Assembly (NCBI GenBank): GCA_003971905.1
Contig: RSEE01000018.1
Span: 682,001 to 746,000, forward strand
Source of the DNA: Moniliella sp. 'wahieum'
Lineage: Eukaryota
Direction: 5' to 3'
Length of the DNA: 64,000 nt
In this document: positions 51,401-64,000 of the stretch, in pieces
How the letters are laid out: each line of letters opens with the position of its first letter
How positions within the stretch are numbered: the stretch's first letter is position 1
The notes under the pieces: generated by a model
Seen by the model: the letters and a program-made list of their open reading frames with translations, nothing else
The model's database searches: none
Told to the model about the DNA's origin: nothing
Made by a program: the position numbers and the translations under genes

Positions 51401-51620
51401 ACCACTCATGGACCGTGCTCGATCGCGTCCCACACCTCCTAGGCGACAACCTCGCGGCCCTCTTATGGATGCTGGCTCCACTAGTGTCCCTTTCGGTCGT
51501 GCCCCTCATTCGCTGGGGTTTGCCCCAACGGATCATACCTCGTTGTCGTCCGCTCCCCTTGGCAGCTCGGCCCGGTCGCTGACCGAGTCGTCGATTGACA
51601 GCGCTAATTCGCTGGCATGA
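48455..51620 (+). CDS. Ser/Thr protein kinase, Ran1/Pat1-Ksp1/Sks1-like, frameshifted
   Basis: VVRKLGEGSYACVYLV, FALKCLCK, HDNIVTL, FEYCP-GQDLFYWLE, VAHRDLKPESFIV, VKLTDFGLST, CGSKPYMSY|EC, ADVWSLGIVLLNMLFHRNPF; long Ser/Arg-rich tail. Confidence 0.88.
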
Positions 51621-52229
51621 CTGCGAGCGACGTGACGCCCATCGATGGGCAGGGAAAAAGTCGAGTCGACTGGGAAAGCTTCACCAAGTTCTTCGCAAGT
51701 AAACTTCTACTCCTCCCTGGCCACCATGACATACCGTCCTTGCTGCCCCCCCCCCCCCTCCCCCCCCGTTCAATCCCTGCTATTTTTTTCCCACCTCGTC
51801 TATGGACCTTGTAGCCCTCCACTCGGATTCGTCCTGCGTACCCACCCTCATTCGTCGGTTTCCAACTTGCTCCCCCTAATGTGCTAGCCGAGTCCGCGCT
51901 CTTGCTCGAGGGGCAGCTTTTTCCTATTCATTCTTGTACTGTTCTTGGTTGATGTCAACCTTGAGATTCAACTCAACGTACTCATCGTTCAACGTTCACT
52001 CCTAGTGTATCGCGGCAAGCTGGGCCTGGCTGTAGATTCTGTTATTGCGGAAATCCCTGCTTGCAGGGACAAACTCCTATAGTTTCTAGACCGAGGATGC
52101 ACGCTCAGCTGCTCGCCTACTCTTTGCCCTAAGCTTCCTAAGTATCCATATCATTGAGAAGGCTTCTGGTCCAGGCAGGAGAAAGGCTTTGCCCCCAGGC
52201 TGGCTCACATGCGGCGTTTTTGCGACAGC

Positions 52230-54837
52230 TCACACCGACAAAAGTGGAGAACGAAGGCGTCGTGTCGCCAGTAAATCAGGATCATCTTGTTCCCGCCACT
52301 CGTCCTTGACGGACACGGGAGAGTACGCACTGATGGTGTATGAACTGAGTATTGATGGCTTATGGAATGGACTCAGGGTGGGATGTAGGATGATGACAGT
52401 AGAATACCCAGGCAGGGGAAGATCAGCGTTTTTTGGTTTTGGTTTTGGCCTTGCTCTTGCTCTTGCCATGCTTGGTCTTGGCCTTGGGCGTGCGTTTGGA
52501 CTCAGCGGGTGGGCTGGAACGGGTACGACAGGTTCAGGCACAAGAGTCGATGAAAGTTCCGCTTCATCTGGCGGTGACACTGGTGCGATCTTCTGTGTTT
52601 CTGTTGCCACCAGTGTCCCCCGTTGACTCGGCCACTTCATCAGATGGCCGCGCCTGTTCGAGCGTGTCAAGACCCTCGCTTGCACCAAGCTCGGTGGGTT
52701 GCTCAACTGCACCCTCGGCGCTTGCCTCGTCTACAGGCTCACGCTCTTGGGTCCGAACAGGTTCAGGTTCAGGCTCCAGCTTGGGGGGAAGGTTCCAACC
52801 GGAAAGTGTCGGGGAACCAGCGCGGGGAGTGTCTGGCTCCACGGCGATCAACGCCGCATCGTCCGTCGTGGCAATCGAGGCGGGAGCAGAAGGACGGACG
52901 ACGGGATGGGTGTCCTCCTCGGTAGAAAGTGGCAGCTTGGCTTGAACGACACTGGATGAGTCGGGAACATCCACCACAACGATCGATTCGGCCAAGGCGC
53001 CGTCCGATTTCGCATCCTCTTGGGTCGAGCTTGGCAACTCAATCGTTCCCACTGGGGTTGCTTCTTTGCTGCTCTGTGTAGTAACCTCCTTGTCAGTCGG
53101 GGTAGCCTCGCCGCTGACCGGGGAGAGCTCCTCCTTGTCAGTCGGGTAGCTTCGCCGTTGACTGGGGAGAATTCCTCCTTGTTAGTCGGGGTAGCTTCGC
53201 CGTTGACTGGGAGAATTCCTCCTTGTTAGTCGGGGTAGCTTCGCCGTTGACCAGGGAGACATCTTCTTTGTCAGTCGGGGTAGGGGTGCTTTGGACGAGA
53301 AGAGATGGCTCTGTGCGAAGGCGCTGGGCTCGCTCATAATGGTTCACGAACCAGGGCCAAAGCAAATCGTAGTGCTTCTTGGAATTTCTAATCTCAAAGG
53401 GGATCGTGTAAAAGTCATGGGCATGCCCGGCGCAACATAGTGCTCCACATCTGTCCCTGCCAAGCGGGCACGGCGACGACGAAGAGCGTTCCTTCATCCA
53501 GCAGCGCCTCCGCTCCGCCATTGCCAATCCAAAGGGCGGGTAGCGAAGCCAGTTCCTCCGCCGCCAGGTAGTGCAGAGACAGCCAGGACTGGTATGGGCA
53601 GGCTGTTGGTCTTGATGTACTTCTGGCTCATCTCTAGGCAATCGGTACCCCACTCCATGTAGCGTAGCGTGACAATGTCGTGTCCCGCCGCCTTGGCCCG
53701 GCTTGGGAACAAGTCCCCCAAGTCGGCAACATGGAGCCAAGGGCTGAACAGGACGACTCCCGGGGTGGCAGGTGGTGGGCGCACTGGTTCTGTCCCTAAA
53801 ATGTCGGAAAAGTGAGCCACTTTGGTTGTCACCTCGGCCGGCGACAAGGATGGGTTGACAGCAAGGAACGATTGAGCAGTGGGGCCTCAAGATGGGGCCA
53901 CACGTCCCGCAAATAGCGGTTTAAGAGCAACGTCGCCATCGACCCATACGAGTCACCGCCCAAAGAAGACTTGGGAGGGTGTAGCCCAGCTCGAGCACCA
54001 AGTAGAGCCAGGCACCAAACAGCTGCGCCACCGTAGTGGGATACTTGGCGTACGGCCCCAAATCGTAATCGACCGTAAACACATCTATCTCCGCCGTGCG
54101 CGCCAACACACTGGCCAAGGTCGCGCCCATAAATGCATCTCCAGCACTAAAGCTGACCCCGGCGCCGCCATGACAGTACAGAAGGACAGCTTAGTACGTG
54201 TCTTGCAACTGTCGTGCGGCAGGGGCGGGCGCGACGTTGCACGCGAAAGATACCAGAAGCACTTGACGTGTCGCTTGGCAAAGCCAGGTTCGATCATTGG
54301 GCGCCCTCTGTAGAGAGGCGAGAAGGAGATCTGAGTGTCCAGGGGTTGGGTGGGGTCGCGAATCGCGAGTAGGCCACGCAGCCAATCCGCTGGAGGGGGC
54401 GACACAAATACTTCGTCCAGCCGATGGCCATGAAGGTGGCTCAAATGAGGCACCGTCTTGGTATCAGCCCAGATGCGGTTGCCATAAACTGCCCCATGAA
54501 AGAACCTGCATAAAAAACGCAACAACCCGTGTTGCCGTGTCGGAATGGCAGGCAGGAGCAAAGCGGATGAAGCCCATGCAGATGATGACGATGCGGACCA
54601 GGGTGGTACTGACCGCCGTCTTGAACGACCACGCTGGATGTTTGCGCATAAGGCAAAGACATTGCGCAGTACGACAAAGGGCGTGGCGATGACGACGGCG
54701 GGGACAGTTATGGTGTACTGGAGCAGGAGGCGCAGAAGATACAGCCACAGCCGACGGGGCGGGCGGTGAGCATGCCTGACGGCGTCGTACACGCCGGGGG
54801 GAACAGGCGACAAGGCAAGCGTCGACTGGATGGCCAT
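52230..54837 (-). CDS. Alpha/beta hydrolase (HSL/Abhydrolase_3, Say1-like) with acidic repeat-containing C-tail
   Basis: LYCHGGAG oxyanion motif, VFTVDYDLGPYAKYP, GGDSYG nucleophile elbow, GVVLFSPW, GHAHDF; N-terminal hydrophobic segment. A coding-like ORF at 54947-55336 may extend it upstream. Confidence 0.82.
53085..53282 (-). repeat. ~45-bp coding minisatellite, about 4.4 copies (PTD/NKEEFSPVNGEAT-like 15-aa unit)
   Basis: Repeated unit cctccttgt(c/t)agtcggggtagc(c/t)tcgccg(c/t)tgac...ggaga. Confidence 0.9.
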
Positions 54838-55878
54838 GGTGTGTGCCGGTGGAGGCGTCAAAGCGCCGTTGGGAGACCTGAAGAGGGAGCGAGAGGTGAG
54901 CAAGGAGTTGGCTGAGCGCAACGTGGCGCCGGCTGGACTTGCAATTCTACCAGACACCGAGTTGTCCAGACGTGGAGGGCTGAGCACACGCCCCAATCGG
55001 ATTATCCGAGGCAGATGCAGCGCAAATAGACGTGGCTTGGCTTTCGGTGTGCCCCAGTGCGTCCCAGCCGAGAGCCGGTGGCGAGTAAGCGCGAAAGGAC
55101 GGCGCCGGTGGTTGGGGAGCTGGGATGCTTTCACCCGCTCGGGTTTGTGCTATCACCGTCACCGGGTTTTCCTGTTGCCGGTACGCGTAGTCTTCTCGAT
55201 CAATCCATTCCGCCTTCGGTCTCGTCTCCTCCTCGCTCAGTAGCTTTTCAACGTTCAAGTCGAGTTCACCGTTCAACGCCTTTTTAGCCCCCACAGGGCT
55301 GGAGAGAGTATGTGAAAACAAGGCATGGTGAGGCATGCATCACATGCTGGAAGTTGTGCTGTAATGTTTACCTGACTACTATGCTATAGTTGACTCGTCA
55401 GGGCCAGAACGTTGTGTCATCAATCGAATGGGAACGAGGGCAACAACGTTCGTCCAAGGGAAAGCGAAAGGAGACGAGGGAGAGACAAGAGACAGGACGG
55501 GAAGGCGAGGCGATGAGGCCTGAGAGGCTGAGGGAAGTCACTGCAGAGGCCTGAAGATGGGAACAACAAGGGATAAACAAGGCGGGATATCAAAGGAACG
55601 TCGAACCTCTCGTATTCAAGCGCCAATACGGTCGAGCGTGGCCTGGAGAGAAACCATTGGGTCCTCCGACTCCATATCTTCTCCAAGGTGGGTAGATAGA
55701 GGCGAAGGCCCAGGAAGAGAATAAGATGCCAAGAACGCAGCAGCATCCGTCGCGTCCAAATACACCGACCGTTCCCGCGGTCGGGGGGAAGAGCCGGCGT
55801 CAAAGTGAGTTGTCGTAGGAGAGGGCGCGGATAGGGGGGTGATGGGAATCGGGGATAGTACCCTCGGGGACGAGCCAA

Positions 55879-58800
55879 TCAGGTCCCCGACGCAGATCGT
55901 GGTGAAGCCGGAAAGTTCATTTCTGGCGGGGACGGCGAAGCCATTGCGGTCTTGGCACTAGGCAACCCAGCGCTAGGACTTGAGCTTTGGTTTCCACGGG
56001 AGCTCGGGGCAAGTGGGGTAGAGGTACGCTTGGCGGGCGCCGAAGTTGAAAGTAGGTTCTTCTCCCCACCCAATGCGTTACCCGCAATAGGTCCATTGGT
56101 TGAGCGGAGAGGGATGGGGTTTACAATCAAAGATGGCGGACGGATACTAGATTGGATAGGCGATGGAGACGAAGGGAGTGCAGCAGTTGACGTTGGGGTC
56201 GGGGAAACGGATGGAGGTGGAGGCTCATTGGTTTCATGAGCTAACGGTTCAACGTCACCGGGCAACTTGGCCATCTCAAGCGGCTCGGTAGCCTCCGCAA
56301 CCTCAGCGGACTCCGTTGGCTCATCAGATTCGGGGACAAACAGAATGTGGTGGGCGAGCACCATGATTTTGACAATATGGGCCGCCTTGCCAATGTTGGA
56401 GAAAGACTCGACCATCGCTGTTGGGCCTGGAGGCGGACCCAGGAGCGACGTACCAAAGACCAAACCGATATTATGGCCCGCCATCAAATTGGTAGATCCC
56501 GAGGCTTCGACTAGAGCAAGGTGACGCGCTAACCGCTCGAGCAAAGCAAAGTGGCAAGCCGGGAAGTCCCAAATAAGCTGACGGAACGTGCTCAAGCGCT
56601 GCTCCTCGTTTTCAATCGACTCAGCTTGGATCAGGGCATGGTAAAATGTGAATGGGACCGGAGGCTCGGGAAGCTCGCGCAGCCATAGCTTCACCACCCC
56701 GGCCAAATCATGCACGTCACTCCACTCCCCAGTCGTGAGGTCCACAGTGGATGCCGGCTGGGAATCGAACGTGCGTTTAAGTGCATCCATGGCACTCTTG
56801 GCTCCGGAGATACGGTAGATGCCTTGCTCGCCCAGACCACGCGCTTCAATCTCGGACAAAAGCCGGTCGATTACAATGGGTATCCGGGTGCCCTCCCGTG
56901 CAGCCAGGTCGGTCAATTTGACACCAAAAACGGGGTTTGCTGGTGCACCCACCAAAGTCAGTACATATGGTCTCAGAAAACCAGATAGAAACGTACCATT
57001 TGTCGCAACCTGTTTGGTGGAGGACATGCGTAGTGGCGCGGCTTGCATGGCTTGTTGATCCAGTTTCAGAGCCGCGTTGTCTACCTGACGGATGAACTCG
57101 ACCATGTCTCCCGCGGATGCTGCTTGGAGTAGGTGACGAGTGCCATTAGGTCCAACGAGGTGAAAAGTATACGAACGCTGGGAGTTGGGCCAAACATGCG
57201 TCCGGGCCCCACGCAACGACAAGGACAACGACGGTTTCCCTGATGTCGATATGAGTCCCATGAGCTCAGCGGCGGTCCGCGCGGGCGAGGAGACGGTGGG
57301 TGGGCTGGGCTCGTTGCTGAGCATGGGACGGAGGGGAGCTCGGAAGATGGCTGTCATCCGGCGCGTTCGCCGCTCCACACCGCTGGTCGAACCGCCCACC
57401 ATGCCACTCCCACCTCCACTTGTCGCACCCGCTTGGCCACGACGGTGTTCGCCTCCTCCCGCGTTACTGTTGGTACCGCGCTCGACGTGGCTTCTCCAAT
57501 GGTCTCACTCGCTTGACGTAGCTCACGTGTTCGATCATGCTGCTCTGAGAGATAAGCTGCCAAAGGTTTGGGCAGCCCGCCACGTTTGCGTCCTGGAGAA
57601 GGAACGATGAGCGCGGCGGCCTCGCGCGCCGCGTCTTCCTTGAACGCCTTGGTATCCCAAAAAGCGTGCGTCAACGTGGTTTGGAGCATACGGAAGCGGC
57701 TGCTCGCCACATCAAGCGCCAAGGTGTGGATTGCTTTGGTGGCCTGTTCGGCACCCTGTATAATGGACCAAAGGAGGCGATACTTGTCCCAGGCGATCAG
57801 CGGGACCGAAGTATCGTCCACCTCGTACGGTTGGGTAACGGCCTGTGCCATGCAGCCCAAGAGCCAATTGATGTCGATCGAGCAGGGTATCGCACTGGTT
57901 TCGGCCCATAGCTGAGCGCTCTGTGTTTGGTTGGGCGCTAAGGCGCGAAGTGTGTCCGGGGAGGTAGAGCGGGCCTGGGCGAGCTGGTACCAAGCGGCAG
58001 TGTAGAAACGAGCCTCGGTGGAGACAAGTGCGCTGACCAGAGCGCACTCGACAAGGCCGGCCAGGTTGGCCGTGTGGAAAACGCCGCCCGGCTGGGTCGC
58101 CTTGGGCAATTGGCTCTTGGCCATCCGTGCTCGGCAGACGTACACTGCATCAATGAGCTTGGCTAGGCGGGCCTGCCGCCTGCTAGCCCCAAGCGAGGCT
58201 CCGTGATGAGCAGCGCCAACCATCCTTGCAACAAATGTTGCGCTGCTGCAGTATCCCGCATCACGGAAGGCAGCGCATGGAGCAACGGCACCGCCGTTCC
58301 GTTGGGCCCAACGGGCAAGGTCACCGTGTCAACAAAGCGGTACATGAAGGAGGCCGAGATCTCTTCTTGCCCTGTTCCCGACGTACGGAACCAGCCCCTG
58401 GCGTCTTGACTGCCCTTCTCCAACAACTCCGCCGCAGCCAGCAAATCTTGCTTGCCCACCTTGGTAGTGAACACAGCCGCGATTGGCTCGAGAAAGTCGA
58501 CCAGCTCATGACAGCTAGCCGAGTCAATGTCAAACGCAGAATTGGCGTCAGGTACAGCAGGAGGGTTCACAGTAGGTGCCATCTCGATCGCAGGCTGCAA
58601 GGTGTACTTGCGAAAGCACGCCGCCGTCTCTTGAGCATCAAACACGGTGTCGGGGTCCAGTCCTGATTTGGATCCGACCATCACCAACTCATCCAAGAAC
58701 GTCGCCGCCCGGGCAAACAGCACCGCATGATCGGAAAAGTCGTAGGAATAGTCGGTCACCCACATTCGCAAGACTTGCAGTACCCCACGGCGTACCCGAG

Positions 58801-61800
58801 TCACCATAGACAAATCACAATCGGCAAGCGGGACGTGGCTCCCCCCCGGACCAAGGGACCAAGAGGGAAATAGATGCGCCGGGGAAGCAGATGGGACGAG
58901 GGGGATGGGTGCATATGCGGGGCCAGGGGCACGAGGAGCGTAGGGACCAGCCAGCGCATGAGCAGCTGCCTCGACTGCCAACGTTCCTGCCGCCAGAGCC
59001 ATATCGAATCGCTTTTTGAGCAAATCGAAGAGCACCGTGGGATGACAGAGGGATCGATAGGTACCGAGGAACGTGCGCATCAACACGCCCGTGTCGAGTG
59101 AAAGGCGGCCCTGCCGTCGTGATCCGGACAGTTCAGCATCGAGAATGTAGACCGGAATGTGCTCCAGGCCCATAACCACCACGTCAACTGCGAGACGAAG
59201 AGGGTCAGTAGGATGCATGGAAGGTCAAATAATCGAACATACTCAATCGTTCCAACGAAGCGCTTTGCACCTCGACATGCAAGTACGGCGCCATTTCGTT
59301 CGCAGCCGAAGCTCGAGGGAGGGAGGAACGACGTGAACGCGAAGATGCCCACGAAGCAGGGCGACTAGAAGCACCCGTAGCAATCGATGACGACAATCTC
59401 CTTGGTCGTGGCCGCTGCGGTACATTGGTATCGATCACCTCTTGCACCCCGCCCGGGAATGGCTCAAAAGGGTGGCTGGAGTTCACGCTTGCCGTTCCAC
59501 TAGCTCGTTTTGTCTCTTTGCCAAAAGGTGATGGGGAGGGGAGAAAGGATTCGCTCAAGGGGCGGACGACAAGCTCCGACCCAATCGCCAGCAGAGCATG
59601 ATTGGATGTACCATCGGGCCTTTTGGCAGAGGGATGAGCTGCGTAGGGAACCCCCTCCATCTGGTGCAGAGCCACATAAGAAAATGCTCGAGCGAACGAA
59701 GGTGGATGGGTGCCAGGCCTATCCAAAGAAACAGTTCCTGCTTGAGCTTGAACACACAGTGCGCCTGGAACGAGAAATGGTCGTGGAATAGGAGGTACGT
59801 TACGGCTGGACCGGATGGGATGAGCGGGATGGGCAATGGAAGCAGACCGGCCAAGTAGTGCGGCAGCTGACGTGCTGGGTTTGCGGGTGTGGGTGGAAGG
59901 AGCAGGATTGGGGAGTGAATGGGCGAGGGTACGGATTCGATTGGGATCAACCGCCTGTAGATGAGGCAAAGGCGAGGAGAACAGCAAGGCAACGGTGGAG
60001 TTTGCTGCGAGCTGGGTGCTCAAGGCAGGGCGCCAACGTACATGAACCCCACCCAAGATCCGGGGCTCAAACAACAACGAATTGTCGAGTGCGATGGCAA
60101 CACGTCTGTGTCAGTTTTGTGGGCCCACGTATCGAGAAGCGTTTTGAAAGCAGGAACGCATGGCGCCACCGCCTTCGTGTTCCTCGGGCCAATGGCGAGA
60201 AATCCAAGAGGTTGTAAACCCGAGCGGAAAGAGGACCGAGCAGGTCGAAACTGGGTTTCGCGCCCGTGGCAACAGCGGCGGCACGGGCGAGGTCGCCCAG
60301 ATAAGGGAACGGCGTTACCTCCTCTTTGCCCAAAGTTCCGTCGGAAGAGGGTGGGGAGAGGATTGGGTCAAAGGCCCGCCCAGAGAGAGGAGGGGCTGGC
60401 TCAATCCAGCCAGCTTTGGCCAATGCTGTCGCCCATACCTGACCCACCAAGGCCGAGTCGCCCTGAGCAACAAAGTGCCAACTTGCTGAAAGCCGACTCA
60501 CTGCGCGAGCAGTGAGCGCTGTCGCCACAGCGGCCCAGCCCAACACATCCCCGTATCCCAGGAGGAAAGAACCAATCGCAATCCAGTGTCGGAGAATGGT
60601 GGCTTGGTGCCGCACTTGGAGCGTGCGGATGGGAACAGAACGATTGGATGTGTTTGTGTCGCCAGAGGCGGCTCGAACAATTGGGATAGAATGAGAGCCG
60701 TCAGAGGGTGCGGCCATCAGGGGTAAAAGAGGTCAGGCGGCCACCATCAGCCGCCATTAGATTCTCCTCATCCAATACCCAGGTCAAGTTCAACACCGTA
60801 CCACCAGCAGTCCAGAGATTCTGCAGTCGGATAGCATGCCACGTTTGAATCTGCTGTGCCACCTCAGCCGGGGGTAAAAGCACAAGAAGCGAGCTGGGGA
60901 ACCGGCCCTCCAGCAATGGTGCCAAATTGGGGTTCTCCTCCGTAAGCAAAGTCGGGCTTTCCTGTTGCGAAGGCAAAGCCCACGACGCCCTCGTCTCTTC
61001 CACCCACCCGGGCACTGGTGCTCCACACTCATAGGAGAGGAGAGTCACAGCCGCCAGTGTATCTCCCCACTCGGACGGAGGGACCATCTCTGCCCTCATA
61101 GCGTTCAAAAGAACTCGCCCACGGCGCGAGCCTGCACAACCTGGGGCTTTTCGTTTTGTCAGTATGGATACGCTGAAGGAGTAAGAGGCTTACCAAGTGT
61201 TTGGGTGTGGCTGCATTCTCTCCCCCATCGACCTCATCGGAGCTGTCTGTAGGCGTGACTTGCACCTCATCCTCTGATCAGGTCAGACAGGCCATCTGCG
61301 GCGGCATGCAAAACGGGCAGAACCTCTTGACGCTGGACAGCAAGAACGAGAAGAGCACGAGCCACGCGTTCAACCTCCTCGTCACTCAATTGGTGGGCAG
61401 TAACGGCAACAAATAACCGAGCCATATCTGGGAGGCTATCTGTCATACCAAGCCAGGGTTCAACGGCTCTTCCTCTTCTTGTACGCCACCTAAGCTGGTG
61501 CTGGCGGATGCTGTAGCGGCTAAGAGGGCATGGGCGGTGAGACCGAGGCTGAGAGCCGTGCAGCGTCGAGAGTAGCCTGACCAGCAACCACATCCGCGAG
61601 CGCGTGAACCGGTTCACTCATTTTAGGTGGCGGAGGCTGGGTGCGGGGCGCGCCATTGGGCTTGACAACCGAAGTTGGGAACAAGGCCAGTACCACATCC
61701 TGCATCCCTGAAGGAGGTTTGTAGAACTGAAGTTGTCCCCCCTCAGTGAGGAGGACACGATACGACTTCCATCCCTTGGATACATCCTTTTCCTCAGGAG

Positions 61801-64000
61801 AAAGAGGAGAGAGGGCTTCGTCGTCGTTATTGTCTTCTTTATCGTGACCCGCTGCATGGGAATTGTACCAATGATGCCCCTCTTCTGTGTCCCGATGCCG
61901 GCTCAGCAAGCCTTGGAACGTTGCTCCAGCTGGCAAAGGCACAGCGGAGGAGCGAGTCGAGTTGGTTTGAGGGACAGAAGCAAGGCTACCGAGAGTCCCT
62001 TTTCCCGGACCCGATGGCGGGGTGGAGGAACTGACAGCGCCTGTGTTCCCCGCGCGGGACGCGATTGCCCCTGACGACGAGCGTGGCAGAGCCGATGGGG
62101 AAGATAGGTTAAGTTGACCCCATGCGAGAGATTGGGCTCGAGGGTTGTGAGTGCCTGCAGGAGTTGCCTGAGAAGAAGGAACAGGGGTGCCCAAATTGGC
62201 GGTACTTTGAACATGGCTTCCCCCCGTAGTCGACGGGAAAGGAGGAGGAGTCTCACTTGTAGTAGGGAAATGGAGAAGATCTGATCGTGTCCCAGGAGGA
62301 CTGGTTGATTGGGCTTGAATCAGAGTATGCGAGGCGGCCCTCTGCTCAGTCCTTGTTGGCGGAAGACCGTGCTGGTGGTAGGGGTGAAGCGGCAGCCCGA
62401 ACACCAAAAGGCATTCTGGAGGGCTTCTGCGATTGGGATACCGAAATGGATGGGGCCGAAAGTGCCGTTGTGGTGAGGGGCAAGGCGGTTGGAGTAGGCG
62501 TTGCCGAACCGCTTGCTTTCACAGACGAAAGAGGTGAAGGAGAAGGGAGCGAAGAAGCGGGTTGGTGCGCGTCTGGAGGCATACAAGGCACAGGCACACT
62601 AGCTGCAATGGCGCGCGAGCTGGTGCGCCGTGCGCCTCCTAAGCTAACTGCCCTAGTATGGTGTCCCTCTTCCGTCCTAGTGTGTGTCCCTCCTCTGGAT
62701 CAGGAGGAGTGTGGCGAGGCAGCAGGCAAGGCTGATGTCCGGGAAGTGGAGGAGCAGCGAGAGGGTACGCATATCGGTGCGGCCGCGCAAAATGGGGCAT
62801 GCCCGTATTCGGCATGGGTTGTGCGACGAATGGCGACGTTGGTCGGATGGACCGTGTAACAGGCACCGGGCTAGGAGCCCGTGGGACGAACCGAGCTGGG
62901 AGAAAGTGCGCGACCTACAGGGACAGGGGTGGAAGGATAGGGTCCTGAGTTCCTGCAGTAGGGTCGCTGCCCCCACTTCCTCCAGATGTTTGAGAAGCGG
63001 CCCTGGTGCGAAAGGGGCGTCCGTTTAGACCAGTGACATGGTCCTTTGAACCGGGCCAAGCGTTCGGCGTGGCAGAGGGGGAGGAAGATCGAGACTGCTT
63101 TGACTAAGCTGCGATGGGGTGCGCCAAGCGAGGAGTTTGCTGTGCTTCCGGGGCTTCCCATATCCACCCCCCCCGGCAAGGGCGAGGGAAAGACCACTGC
63201 GGACTGAGGCTGAGGCAGCACTGCGCTTGCGGTCTCGTCTGCCAGCGAGAAAAGAACGCTTGGTTGGCGGGGGTCCAAAGGCTACGGTAGTTGGGGGCGA
63301 GGTAGGTGAGGAAGCGCTTTCACCATCGGCAGAGCCTGGGGAGACGAAAAGGGTTTCAGATGCAGTGCTGAGGGCCATGTGGGGATCGGAAGTGGTATGT
63401 GCGTAACCATGTGTCGTGGAAGAGCTGGTAGGCAGAGAAGTGGACACTTCGGAGGAGAATCGTGTACGGTGGGCATGGAACCGGGTGGGGAGGAAGTTGG
63501 TGGGGTTGCCACGGCCTACATTGCGAGTCTGGTCCCAATCCACCGAGGCGCGCGGAGAGACGCGCTCCTGCTGGATGGTACCCAGAGGCGGGAGGGTAGA
63601 CTCGTGTTCTTGAGCCCCAGAGGAATTGGGAGAGGGTACAGACACGCTAATGCTCCCCCAAGAGCCCCGCGAGCGCGTGAGAGAAGGAGATTCAGCGCAC
63701 GATGAGGGCTACGCGTGGGCGCGGCAGTGGATGCGGCAACCGAGGCGGGCAAGTCGGCGGGGGCGGAAATGGAAGGCGACGGGGTGGCGTAGGCGGGACT
63801 TCGGCGGGGGCAGATGAAGGTCCAGAAAAGTGCTCGGCTGGGCGTATCTGCTGGACGGGCGGAGGTTGCTGCTGGGCAAGGTAGGCATGCTGTGGAGGCG
63901 GGGCAATCTCCACTGCGCTGGCAGAGCGGACAGGGGCGGTGGCACGGTGGAGGGCGGAGGCGGAAGGCGGGGGAGGGCGGGGCGTGTGAGGACGTAGTAG
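55879..64000 (-). CDS. BEM2: Bem2-like large RasGEF-like/PH/RhoGAP protein (5' end at or beyond the window edge)
   Basis: C-term RhoGAP (VFGVKL, IPIVIDRLLSEIEARGLGEQGIYRISG, VKLWLRELPEP, NLMAGHNIGLVFGTSL); PH (RSYTFHL...HLLQAAS); REM-like MRTFLGTYRSLCHPTVLFDLLKKRF; RasGEF-like ILRHWIAIG...AVSRLSASW; N-terminal PH-like KGWKSYRVLL. Many frameshifts. Confidence 0.8.

Noticed and set aside
53085..53282. CRISPR-like repeat array
   Set aside because: Units are contiguous tandem copies with no unique spacers, lie inside a CDS, and the context is eukaryotic with no cas genes.
926..64000. Pervasive frameshifts suggesting a pseudogene cluster or programmed frameshifting
   Set aside because: They affect nearly all genes, including conserved housekeeping ones (MPC2, TPA1), and several fall in short homopolymers while motifs stay intact. 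Best explained as uncorrected long-read indels.

Overview
GC-rich eukaryotic (fungal, most likely basidiomycete/smut-like) genomic DNA with spliceosomal introns. Recognisable genes: mitochondrial pyruvate dehydrogenase kinase, an intron-containing tRNA-Glu(TTC), an SREBP/Sre1 bHLH factor, a Zn2Cys6 factor, a secreted RlpA/DPBB (expansin-like) protein, a 3xKH RNA-binding protein, a MARVEL-like membrane protein, a Yap/HapX-like bZIP, mitochondrial pyruvate carrier MPC2, Tpa1/Ofd1 prolyl hydroxylase, a RING-CH E3 ligase, a GLTP/HET-C2 protein, a C2H2 zinc-finger protein, a Ran1/Ksp1-like kinase, an HSL-type alpha/beta hydrolase and a Bem2-like RasGEF-PH-RhoGAP. Nearly all long CDSs carry single-base frameshifts, most plausibly long-read consensus errors, so gene coordinates are approximate. 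The most striking unexplained structure is non-coding: dozens of intergenic 7-bp-period arrays of the form (TNA + 4-bp palindrome)n. They use at least 13 different palindromic cores that sometimes swap in register, and they cluster around promoters and gene boundaries.
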